DNA of 63,795 nucleotides, counting the filler, from an uncultured Acidimicrobiia bacterium (GTDB lineage: Bacteria; Actinomycetota; Acidimicrobiia; Spongiisociales; JAOTWH01), in assembly GCA_964347285.1 (NCBI GenBank). It is 6 parts of 6 records of this genome, joined end to end, with 100 filler letters (N's around TTAATTAATTAA, not from the genome) between each part and the next. Parts side by side here need not be neighbours in the genome. Positions count along the whole stretch, not along the records: positions 45,876 to 56,821 come from CAYFYE010000086.1; 5 more parts are not named here. One strand, given 5' to 3'. Both the position numbers and the translations under genes were made by a program. Position 1 is the stretch's first letter, and each line of letters opens with the position of its first letter. Positions 48,264 to 56,921 of this stretch are shown piece after piece. The notes under the pieces were generated by a model that saw only the letters and a list, made by a program, of their open reading frames with translations, ran no database searches and was not told the origin of the DNA.

Positions 48264-49679
48264 CTATCCGCGACTCAGCTGGCAGGCGCCGGTGCTGGGA
48301 GCGTCTGGCGGCCAGCATGGGGCGCCGGTCTCGTCCAGCAACGCCTGCAGGTTGTCTCCCTCGGTGCCCAGCACATCGGCGATGTCCTCGCCCTGCAGCA
48401 CAATGCGGGTGAAGGCGTCGCGGTAGATCTTGTTGATCTCGCCGCCCCGTTCACCCAGCCCCACCGGCAGGAGCGCCGGCAGTGCATCCGGGTTGGAGGT
48501 CATCGTGGCGATGGCGTCGCCCTCGGCCTTGACGCCGGGCGACAGGTCGCCGGGAAGCTCCGCCGCAGTCGCCGGGAAGAACCCGATCGCCTTGGTGATG
48601 GCCGTCTGCGTGTCGTCGGACATCATGTACTTGACCATCTCGATCGCACCCGCCTCATTGGGGGCGTTCTTCGGAATCGAGATGCCCACCAGAACGGGCA
48701 TGAAGCCCAGACCCTCCGGTCCCGTCGGAGCGGGGAAGGCGACGAAGTCGTCCGGGCGCTCATCCAGCGCATTCTTCAGGCGGGCCTGGTGGTCGAAGGC
48801 CACCCAGACCTCCTCCGACAGCAGCTGGTCCTGCAGGAAGGAATAGGTCGTCGACTGCGGGTTGGCGGTCTCCCACAGATCCAGGAAGAACTCCCACATG
48901 GTCACCGCCTCCGCCGAATCGAAGTTGGTGACCATGCCGCCGGTGAACGACGGATACAGGTATCCCTCGAGGAATCGATGCAAGAGGCCGTCGTCTGCAG
49001 CCGGGAAGCCCAGCCGCGCCGATCCGGTCCCGTCCACGATGGCCTGCCCCCAGTCACGCAGCTGCTCCCAGGTCAGAGCGTCGAGGTCCGCTCCGTCCGG
49101 GAGGTAGTCCAGTGCCTCATTGTTGGCCGCCATCAAGTAGGTAGCCTGCATGAGCGGTATGTAGTACTGCGTGTCGGTTCCCAGCCTTCCCAGCTCCAGG
49201 AAGTTCTCCGGGATTCCGAGTGCAGCCAGCTCTGCGGCCAGGTCGGAGAGATCGCGCAGTGCGTCCAGCTCCTTCAAGGTCGGATAGGTGCCGTGGAGGG
49301 CAATCACCACATCCACGCTCCCCTCGTCCTGCCCGACCTCGCCTTCCACGCGGGTGAGCAGCACGGGCTCCTCCGCCCCGACGAATTCTGGATCACCGTT
49401 GAAGCCGACCAGCACCTCGTCGCGAATCTTCTCGGCCTCCTCGACCGGAACTCCCTGGGTCGACAGGATGATGACCTCTCCGAAGTCCTCCGGGGCCGCG
49501 GTGGTCTCCGGTGCCGCCGTGGTTGCCGGCGCCTCAGTGGCCTCCGGCGCCTCGGTGGCCTCCGGCGCCTCGGTGGCTTCCGGCTCTGGGGCCGCGGTGG
49601 TGGTGGTCTCCGCGGTGTCGCCGCATGCGGCGGCGACCATCGCTAAGGCGAAGATCACCGCCCAGATTCTCTTTCTCAT
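48264..49679 (-). CDS. carbohydrate ABC transporter substrate-binding lipoprotein
   Basis: MRKRIW...AAAC lipobox; (APEATE)n linker; C-terminal CWPPD...C. Confidence 0.9.
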   Translation of the reverse strand: MRKRIWAVIFALAMVAAACGDTAETTTTAAPEPEATEAPEATEAPEATEAPATTAAPETTAAPEDFGEVIILSTQGVPVEEAEKIRDEVLVGFNGDPEFVGAEEPVLLTRVEGEVGQDEGSVDVVIALHGTYPTLKELDALRDLSDLAAELAALGIPENFLELGRLGTDTQYYIPLMQATYLMAANNEALDYLPDGADLDALTWEQLRDWGQAIVDGTGSARLGFPAADDGLLHRFLEGYLYPSFTGGMVTNFDSAEAVTMWEFFLDLWETANPQSTTYSFLQDQLLSEEVWVAFDHQARLKNALDERPDDFVAFPAPTGPEGLGFMPVLVGISIPKNAPNEAGAIEMVKYMMSDDTQTAITKAIGFFPATAAELPGDLSPGVKAEGDAIATMTSNPDALPALLPVGLGERGGEINKIYRDAFTRIVLQGEDIADVLGTEGDNLQALLDETGAPCWPPDAPSTGACQLSRG

Positions 49680-49809
49680 TTCCTCTCCTCCTTCGCCGAT
49701 AGGGTGGAGCCCCCTCCCGCCTCGTCGGCGGTCACTCACTTCCAACTTACACGATCTCCCAAATACGTCACCAGGGCCATTAGACCGTGGCCGAGCGAGC
49801 CTGGCCGCA

Positions 49810-50895
49810 ATGGGAACGATCGGCGGAGCTAGCTTCGGAACTGCCGTGACCGGAATCAGGACCGATTCGAGCTCGATCTGGGTGGGTCTCGTCGGCTGCG
49901 GCAACATCGGGGATCGCGGCCATGCGGCTGCCTACGCGGCCATTCCCGGCGTCCGGGTCGTGGCGGTGGCGGACGTGGATCCGTCCCGGGCCGAGGCCAC
50001 CGCCCGACGCAGCGGGGCCGAGGTGCTGACGTTCGATCAGATGATCCACTCGGCCCAGATCGACATCATCGACATCGCCCTGCCGACGTTCGAGCACGCT
50101 GCTCACGCGATTGCCGCACTCGAGGCGGGGAAGCACGTGGTGTGCGAAAAGCCGATGGCGGCCACGGTGCACGAGGCCGATGCCATGGTGGCGGCCGCCG
50201 AGGACGCCGGCCGCAAGCTGATGATCGGTCACGTGCGGCGATTCGACGCCCGCTTCCTGGAGATCAAAGAGGTGCTGACCGCGGGCGAGATCGGCGTTCC
50301 TCGCTACATCCGCAGGGCCGAGCGGCAGTGGCTGCCCTTCGGCACCGATTCCTGGCACTGGCACCCGGAACGGGGCGGTGGGGTCGCTCTCGACCTCGGC
50401 GCCCACGTGACCGACCTCGTGCGGTGGCTGTTCGCTCAGGATCCGGATTCGGTCTATGCCCGGAGCCGGGCGGTCCGGTCCGAGGCCAAGGAGACGAACA
50501 GCCCCGACTACGTCGTCGCCTCCTTTCGTTTCCCGGACGGGTCCATCGGCGACGTAGAGGTGAGCTGGGCGCATCCTCCTGCGTTCTCGACCCTCTACGG
50601 ATGGCTCGACGTTGTGGGCACGAGCGGCAAGGTGCAACTCAACGACCACGACGGCTCCCCCATGCTGCGGGTCGGCCACTCCGACGGACCCACACTTCCC
50701 TCCTTCTTCGACTTCGCCTCGACCCAGCGAGAAGCGTTCCGGGCAGAACTGGAGCACTTCGTCGACTGCGTCGTCGGTGACCGCCCGCCGGCCATCAGCA
50801 CCATCGATGCCCGGGCGGCGGTGGCCATGGCGGTGGCAATGCGCGAATCGGCCCGTCGCGTCGCAGTCGTCGATACCGAGGAGTTCGGCCTATGA
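49810..50895 (+). CDS. Gfo/Idh/MocA oxidoreductase
   Basis: VGCGNIG, GKHVVCEKP, GHVRRF, DLGAH; start uncertain (49810 or 49846). Confidence 0.9.
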   Translation: MGTIGGASFGTAVTGIRTDSSSIWVGLVGCGNIGDRGHAAAYAAIPGVRVVAVADVDPSRAEATARRSGAEVLTFDQMIHSAQIDIIDIALPTFEHAAHAIAALEAGKHVVCEKPMAATVHEADAMVAAAEDAGRKLMIGHVRRFDARFLEIKEVLTAGEIGVPRYIRRAERQWLPFGTDSWHWHPERGGGVALDLGAHVTDLVRWLFAQDPDSVYARSRAVRSEAKETNSPDYVVASFRFPDGSIGDVEVSWAHPPAFSTLYGWLDVVGTSGKVQLNDHDGSPMLRVGHSDGPTLPSFFDFASTQREAFRAELEHFVDCVVGDRPPAISTIDARAAVAMAVAMRESARRVAVVDTEEFGL

Positions 50896-51905
50896 CCAGG
50901 GCCGCCCTTCTCAGCTTCGACCACCTCCACACCCCCAGGTACCTGGAGGCGCTCGCGGAGCATCCCGGAGTCGAAGTCGCCGCAGTCGCCGACGAGGGCA
51001 TCAACGCCGACGTGGCCCGACGGGCCGCCGATGCCGGGGGGATTCCCTTCTACGACTCATACCCCGCCGTGTTGTCGATGGAGGATCTCGACTGGGTATA
51101 CGTCGGCACCACCCCGGCCGACCACGTCCGGGTCGTGCGGCTGGCCGCCGAGCGAGGCATCGACGTCCTGTGCGACAAGCCGATCGCCCCCAACCTCGGC
51201 GATGCCGATGCGATCGTGGAGTTGGCCGCGGCCGCTGGAATCAAGCTCATGGTTCCCTTCCATCCGAGATTCCAGCTGCCGGTACGAAAGGTGAAGCAGC
51301 TCCTCGATGACGGTGCCGCCGGGGAGCTGGTAGCCATGTTTGCCCTCAAGTACGGGCGGTTGCCGACCAGCGCTCCCGGCCCCCAGGACGCCGGGTGGTT
51401 TCTCGATCCGGCGGTCGCCGGCGGCGGCGGGTTCATGGACGTCGGGATTCACGCCCTCGACGCCTTCTTGTGGCTGGCGAATGCTCCGGCCGTGTCGGTC
51501 TACTCCCAGATCGGCAACCTGGTCCATGCCGATCTAGGTACCGACGATCTGGGGTCGGTGACCGTCATCTTCGACAACGGAGTGATCGGCGTGCTCACGG
51601 CCGGCTGGGCCAATCCCACCGCCAGTCCGGCCTGGCTGGACGCGCGTTTCGAGATCCTCACCACCACCGACGCCTTTCTCATCGACCGTCCCTACCACGA
51701 CTACGGAATCGTCACGTCTGTCGGTGTTCAGCGACGGCCGTGGTGGAGGCGAGACGTGGCCGGGATCGTGGAGGAGTTCGTCGCTGCGATCGAGGAGGAC
51801 CGGCCCCCGGCTCCCTCGGGAGAGGACGGCCGGGCGGCGCTGGCGCTGGCGCTGGCGGCGTATGCGTCGGCGCGCACCGGTGCCGTGGTCGAACTGGGGA
51901 AATGA
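50892..51905 (+). CDS. Gfo/Idh/MocA oxidoreductase
   Basis: VLCDKP, GGGGFMDVGIH. Confidence 0.9.
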   Translation: MTRAALLSFDHLHTPRYLEALAEHPGVEVAAVADEGINADVARRAADAGGIPFYDSYPAVLSMEDLDWVYVGTTPADHVRVVRLAAERGIDVLCDKPIAPNLGDADAIVELAAAAGIKLMVPFHPRFQLPVRKVKQLLDDGAAGELVAMFALKYGRLPTSAPGPQDAGWFLDPAVAGGGGFMDVGIHALDAFLWLANAPAVSVYSQIGNLVHADLGTDDLGSVTVIFDNGVIGVLTAGWANPTASPAWLDARFEILTTTDAFLIDRPYHDYGIVTSVGVQRRPWWRRDVAGIVEEFVAAIEEDRPPAPSGEDGRAALALALAAYASARTGAVVELGK

Positions 51906-53569
51906 GCGGCGTTCGGCGCCGCGCCGAGGCCCAGCGTCTGCTGGCCACGATCTACGGGGGGCCTCCCGACGGCATCATGGCCGAGCTGGATCGGCTCGTC
52001 GACGCCCACCGGTCGGCCGGCCCGGGCCGGCGCCAATTCGACCACACCGACACCGTCCTCATCACGTACGGTGACATCGTGCGTCGGCCGGGAGAAGCGC
52101 CCTTGCGCTCCCTGGCCGACCTGCTCGAGACCCTCGCCGACGGAATCTTCTCCGCGATCCACATCCTCCCCTTCTTCCCGTGGTCCTCGGACGATGGCTT
52201 CGCCGTCGTCGACTTCCGGCGAGTCGACCCGGCGCTCGGGGATTGGTCCGACGTGGGGCGGATCGGCAGGCGATTCGACCTGATGATCGATCTGGTCATG
52301 AACCACGTCTCCACGTCGAGCCGCTGGTTCCAGGGCTTCCTCACCGACGAGGCCCGCTTCCGCGGGTACTTCATCACCGTCGACCCTCACACCGACCTCA
52401 GCGCAGTGTTTCGGCCCCGGGCCCAACCGCTCCTCACCCCCTTCGAGACTGCCGCCGGCCTCAAGTGGGTGTGGACCACGTTTGGTCCCGATCAACCCGA
52501 TCTGAACTACGCCGACCCCCGTGTCTTGATGGACATGATCGAAGTTCTGCTGACCTACGTGGACCACGGCGCCCGGATCATCCGGTTGGACGCCGTCGGC
52601 TTCTTGTGGAAGCAGCCCGGCACGAGCTGCCTGCACCTTTCCCAGACCCATGCCGTCGTCCAGTTGCTGCGCCTGGTGCTGGAGGAGGCCGCACCAGGAG
52701 TGGCGCTGGTCACAGAAACCAACGTGCCCCATGAGGACAACATCTCGTACTTCGGCGACGGAACCAACGAAGCCCACATGGTCTACAACTTCTCACTGCC
52801 GCCCCTCACGCTCCACGCGTTTCACACCGGCGACGCCTCGGTGTTGTCTTCCTGGGCCGGGACGCTCGAAGTTCCGACGCCGGAGGTGACCTTCTTCAAC
52901 TTCCTGGCCTCTCACGACGGCATCGGCGTAACACCGGCTCGGGGGTGGTTGACCGACGAGGACGTTGCGAACATGGCCGACCGGGTCCGGGCCCGGGGCG
53001 GGCACGTGTCGTCCCGAACCCGTCCCGACGGATCCGAGGCACCGTACGAGTTCAACATCACCTACCTGGACGCGCTCGGCGGCCTCCCCCAGCTCGTCGC
53101 CGCCCACGCCATCATGCTGGCGATGCGGGGGGTGCCGGCCATCTATTTCCACAGCCTGGTGGGATCCCGCAATTGGCACGACGGCGTGGCGCAGACCGGC
53201 CGGGCTCGATCCATCAATCGGCAGAAGCTGGGCGCCGATGAGCTGATGGCCGAGCTCACCGATGATGCCTCGGAGGCCCGGCGCGCCTATGCACAGATAG
53301 CCCATTTGTTGTCGGTGCGGCGTCGCTGCCTCGCGTTTCATCCGGCCGGGAGCCAAACCGTGCTCGAGTCCGATCCGGCAGTCTTCGCGCTGCAGCGGCG
53401 GTCGCCGGACGGCTTGATCGTCACCTGCCTCCACAACGTGGCAGATCGAGAGGTCTCGATCGCCACGGCGGGCGGAGTCGATCTGGTCTCCGGCGAGAAG
53501 ATCGGGGCGGGTGCGAAGACGCTGGGGCCCTATCAAGTGGCCTGGATTCGCGAGGCTGTTCCGGCATGA
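51902..53569 (+). CDS. GH13_18 sugar phosphorylase, probable glucosylglycerate phosphorylase
   Basis: LITYGD, SSDDGF, RLDAV, TETNVPH, ASHDGIG, YEFN. Confidence 0.85.
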   Translation: MSGVRRRAEAQRLLATIYGGPPDGIMAELDRLVDAHRSAGPGRRQFDHTDTVLITYGDIVRRPGEAPLRSLADLLETLADGIFSAIHILPFFPWSSDDGFAVVDFRRVDPALGDWSDVGRIGRRFDLMIDLVMNHVSTSSRWFQGFLTDEARFRGYFITVDPHTDLSAVFRPRAQPLLTPFETAAGLKWVWTTFGPDQPDLNYADPRVLMDMIEVLLTYVDHGARIIRLDAVGFLWKQPGTSCLHLSQTHAVVQLLRLVLEEAAPGVALVTETNVPHEDNISYFGDGTNEAHMVYNFSLPPLTLHAFHTGDASVLSSWAGTLEVPTPEVTFFNFLASHDGIGVTPARGWLTDEDVANMADRVRARGGHVSSRTRPDGSEAPYEFNITYLDALGGLPQLVAAHAIMLAMRGVPAIYFHSLVGSRNWHDGVAQTGRARSINRQKLGADELMAELTDDASEARRAYAQIAHLLSVRRRCLAFHPAGSQTVLESDPAVFALQRRSPDGLIVTCLHNVADREVSIATAGGVDLVSGEKIGAGAKTLGPYQVAWIREAVPA

Positions 53570-54780
53570 ACGTCGGCATGGTCTCGACCCGATTCGCGGG
53601 CATCGACGGCGTCAGCCTCGAAGCGGCCAAGCTGGCCCAGGTGCTGAGACGGGCCGGCCACGACGTGGTGTGGTTCGCCGGCGAGCTCGATCAGGCTCAT
53701 CGGCCCGGCATGGAGTATCGGCCGGCGCATTTCCTCGACGAGGCCAACCTGGCACTGCAGTCGGCCCTGCTGGAAGTCGAGAGCCGCAGCCCCGAACAGA
53801 GCGAGACTCTGGACGAGCGGTCCGAGGACCTGGCGGGAGCAGTGGGCCGCTTCATCACCGACCACGGAGTGGATTGCCTGTTCATTCACAACGCGGTGAG
53901 CCTTCCGCTCAACCTGCCGCTGGGTATGGCGCTGAACCGTGTGCTCGGAGCGACCGGCATCGGGGCGGTGTGCCATCACCACGACTTCTGGTGGGAGCGA
54001 TCACAGTTCCGGGCGACCGCGGTGCAGGACATCCTCGACGTCGGCTTTCCGCCCACCGGCGACGGCATCGACCATGTCGCCATCCACTCTGCAGCGGTAG
54101 AGGAACTGGCTCGGCGCCGGGGGGTGCGGGCCACCCTGTTGCCCAACCTCATGGACTTCGAGGCCGGCCCCGAAGCGGGTAATGCGGCTGCGTTTCGCCT
54201 CCACGCCGGGCTGGATGAAGCCGACAGGCTCATCCTGCAGCCGACCCGGGTGGTTCCCCGCAAGGGTATCGAGACGACGCTGGAGCTGGTCCGCCGCCTG
54301 GGCGATCCGGCACTCAAGGTGGCCGTCACCCACGAGAGCGGCGACGAGGGCGATGCGTATCCGCGCCGACTGCGCTCGCTCGCCGATCGTTACGGCGTGG
54401 ACCTCCGGTTCGCTCCGGTCGGCCGGGGTGGGGAGCCGACGCTGGCCGATGCGTACGCGGCCGCCGACCTGGTGGCCTACCCGAGCCTCCTCGAGGGCTT
54501 CGGCAACGCCCTCCTGGAGGCGTTCTTCTACCGCCGACCCGTGCTGGTGAATCGCTACCCGGTGTACGGACGCGACATCGCCCCGACCGGTGTCCGGTGC
54601 ATCGAAATCGAAGGCGGCCGCCTGGATGAGGAGTCGGTGGACCAGGCCCGGGCCTGGCTACACGACCCGTCGCTCTGGAAGGAGGTGGTGGAGCACAACT
54701 ACCGGGTGGGATCGGACCGTTTCTCCTATGCCGTTGCCCGCGAGCGCCTGCTTCCGTTGTTCGGCTCTGCAAAGGCCTAG
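53566..54780 (+). CDS. GT4 glycosyltransferase, mannosylglucosylglycerate synthase (MggS)-like
   Basis: STRFAGIDGVSLE, HHHDFWWER, LQPTRVVPRKGIE, EGFGNALLE. Confidence 0.75.
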   Translation: MNVGMVSTRFAGIDGVSLEAAKLAQVLRRAGHDVVWFAGELDQAHRPGMEYRPAHFLDEANLALQSALLEVESRSPEQSETLDERSEDLAGAVGRFITDHGVDCLFIHNAVSLPLNLPLGMALNRVLGATGIGAVCHHHDFWWERSQFRATAVQDILDVGFPPTGDGIDHVAIHSAAVEELARRRGVRATLLPNLMDFEAGPEAGNAAAFRLHAGLDEADRLILQPTRVVPRKGIETTLELVRRLGDPALKVAVTHESGDEGDAYPRRLRSLADRYGVDLRFAPVGRGGEPTLADAYAAADLVAYPSLLEGFGNALLEAFFYRRPVLVNRYPVYGRDIAPTGVRCIEIEGGRLDEESVDQARAWLHDPSLWKEVVEHNYRVGSDRFSYAVARERLLPLFGSAKA

Positions 54781-54789
54781 GTTCCGGAC

Positions 54790-55569
54790 ATGGCTGCAGT
54801 CGACCCCCTCGTCGATCGAGCGATCGCGGCGGCCGGCGGGCTGGACCGCTGGGACCGGGCCTCCTATCTCGAGGCATCCTTCGACGCCGGAGGGGCCTTG
54901 TTCCGACTCAAGTCTCGCCCCGTCCAAAAGAACACGACGGTCCGGGTAGCGACCTCGGGCCAGACCGTCGCTCTCGACCTGGACCCCGACGGCAAGCGAA
55001 TCGGGATCCTGCAAGGACGAGACGTCGCCATCGCCGTCGACGGCGCCGTCACCGAGCGGCGCCGGGATGCCCGGTCGGCGTTCCGCTGGAGTCTGCGCCG
55101 GGCCGTCCACTGGGACGACCTCGATTTCACCTACTTCGCCGCTGCCGCCATGTGGACGTATCTGGCCAGCCCCTTCGTGTGGATGCGCCCCGAGATCGAG
55201 ATCGCCGCCGGGCCCCGTCACGAAGAGAACGGCCGGATGTGGGACACGGTCGACGTCTCCTTCCCGCCCGGCGTCGCCACCCACTGCCCCCAGCAGCGCT
55301 TCTATCTCGATACCGGCGGGCACGTCAGGCGTCACGACTACACCGCCGAGGTGGTGTCGAAATGGGCCCGGGCCGCCCACCTGGTCGATGAGTACCGGAG
55401 CTTCGACGGCCTGGCCCTCCCCACCCGGCGGCGCGTCTACCCGCGCCTGGGCCGGCGCCGTCCGCTGGGTCGCCCCCTCCTCGTCACCATCGACATCCAC
55501 GCCGCCCGCTTCGTCTCCGGCCGCTCGCTGATGGATGACCTGGGCCTGGGATCCGGGCTCGGTGGCTAG
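54790..55569 (+). CDS. conserved hypothetical protein
   Basis: AGGLDRW...WDDLDFTYF...RRHDY; continues the operon. Confidence 0.7.
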   Translation: MAAVDPLVDRAIAAAGGLDRWDRASYLEASFDAGGALFRLKSRPVQKNTTVRVATSGQTVALDLDPDGKRIGILQGRDVAIAVDGAVTERRRDARSAFRWSLRRAVHWDDLDFTYFAAAAMWTYLASPFVWMRPEIEIAAGPRHEENGRMWDTVDVSFPPGVATHCPQQRFYLDTGGHVRRHDYTAEVVSKWARAAHLVDEYRSFDGLALPTRRRVYPRLGRRRPLGRPLLVTIDIHAARFVSGRSLMDDLGLGSGLGG

Positions 55570-55607
55570 CCGGTTCCGAGCGCGGCCGGCGTGGGTAGCT
55601 TGAACCC

Positions 55608-55970
55608 ATGCCCATCGTTGACGTAGAACTGGTGGGGCCGGCTGGGGTGCCGCCGGGGTTGGCAGAACGCATCGCGGACTCGGTCGGCCGCGCTCTTGCG
55701 GCAGCCGAACGGACGACCTGGGTGAGGGTCCGTGAGCTCCCGAGATCTCGACACGGCGAGAGCGGCGGTGGCCCGCCGGCCGATGTGAATCCGGTGTTCG
55801 TGACGATCCTCGAACGCCATCGGCCCACCGGGCACGATCTCGCAGACGCAGTTACAGCCGTGACCGATGCCGTGTCGGCCATGACGGGTCGTGCTCGGGG
55901 CGATGTGCACGTCTTGTTCGCGGAGGACGGCGCCGGCCGGCTTGGGTTCGGCGGCGAAGTCGTCGATTAG
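55608..55970 (+). CDS. tautomerase-superfamily protein
   Basis: Pro-1 (MPIVDV), two beta-alpha-beta units, FGG. Confidence 0.75.
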   Translation: MPIVDVELVGPAGVPPGLAERIADSVGRALAAAERTTWVRVRELPRSRHGESGGGPPADVNPVFVTILERHRPTGHDLADAVTAVTDAVSAMTGRARGDVHVLFAEDGAGRLGFGGEVVD

Positions 55971-56040
55971 CCGGTGGCGAGCGCCGAGCCATCTCGGTCT
56001 CCATTCCGCTTATGAGAGGCTCGGCCGAGGACCCCGGCAC

Positions 56041-56604
56041 TTACGACAGCCGCTCCAGGAACGCCAGGGTCCGCTCGAGGGTGAGCACCACCGCCGTGGC
56101 GTCGTACTCGGCCAGGCTGGAGTCGGTGTAAAGGTGGGCGGTTCCCGGGTACAAGAACAACTCGGCACCGGGAACCTCGGCGGCGAGCGCCTTGGCCTCG
56201 TCGACGTCGCCCATGCCGTCGTCTTCCATGACGTGCATCTGCAATGCCACGCCATCGGGCCATGGTCCGAAGTGGTCGAGGGGGATGGCGGCGTGGTAGA
56301 GCAGCGCACCCAGTGCCCCCGGCCGGGCCTGGGCCAGCTTCTGAGCGGGCAGCACGCCGAGCGAGAACCCGGCGTAGACCATCTCCTCCGGCAGCCCGAC
56401 GGCGGCAGCGACGCCTCTGTGGGTGAGCGCCTCGAATCCGATCTCCTCGGCGTGAGCGACCCCCTCGTCGATAGTGCCGAAGAGAGCACCGTCGTAGAGG
56501 TCGGGCACGGTGACGGTATGGCCGCCCGCCCGCAACGCGTCGGCGAAGGCCTCAACCCCCAGCGTCAGCCCCTGGACATGGTGGAACATGATCACGTTCG
56601 CCAT
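56041..56604 (-). CDS. dienelactone hydrolase family protein
   Basis: FHHVQGLT, AGFSLG, YPGTAHLYTD. Confidence 0.88.
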   Translation of the reverse strand: MANVIMFHHVQGLTLGVEAFADALRAGGHTVTVPDLYDGALFGTIDEGVAHAEEIGFEALTHRGVAAAVGLPEEMVYAGFSLGVLPAQKLAQARPGALGALLYHAAIPLDHFGPWPDGVALQMHVMEDDGMGDVDEAKALAAEVPGAELFLYPGTAHLYTDSSLAEYDATAVVLTLERTLAFLERLS

Positions 56605-56653
56605 CGGCGGGCACCCTAGTGGCGCTTTGCCCTCGCGGATCGGCCGGCTTTTC

Positions 56654-56821
56654 CTATTCGACGAGCCTGACGAAGCAGTAGACCCCTTCGAGGACACCAA
56701 AGGCGGGCCAGATGCCCCACACCCAGACCCAGTAGGTGAACGTGTTCTGGCGGAATCTCATGGCCCGGTCCCAGATGAAGATCGTGATCGCCGTGTACCA
56801 GAACGGCACCGAGGCGGCCAG
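56654..56821 (-). CDS. membrane protein C-terminus (5'-partial)
   Basis: LAASVPFWYTAITIFIWD...WVWVWGIWPAFGVLEG...*. Confidence 0.55.
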   Translation of the reverse strand: MAASVPFWYTAITIFIWDRAMRFRQNTFTYWVWVWGIWPAFGVLEGVYCFVRLVE

Positions 56822-56921
56822 NNNNNNNNNNNNNNNNNNNNNNNNNNNNNNNNNNNNNNNNNNNNTTAATTAATTAANNNNNNNNNNNNNNNNNNNNNNN
56901 NNNNNNNNNNNNNNNNNNNNN
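56822..56921. other. artificial contig linker
   Basis: N-run + TTAATTAATTAA + N-run. Confidence 0.98.

Noticed and set aside
49520..49585. 18-bp repeat (APEATE) as a contingency locus
   Set aside because: In-frame low-complexity lipoprotein linker, common in this genome.
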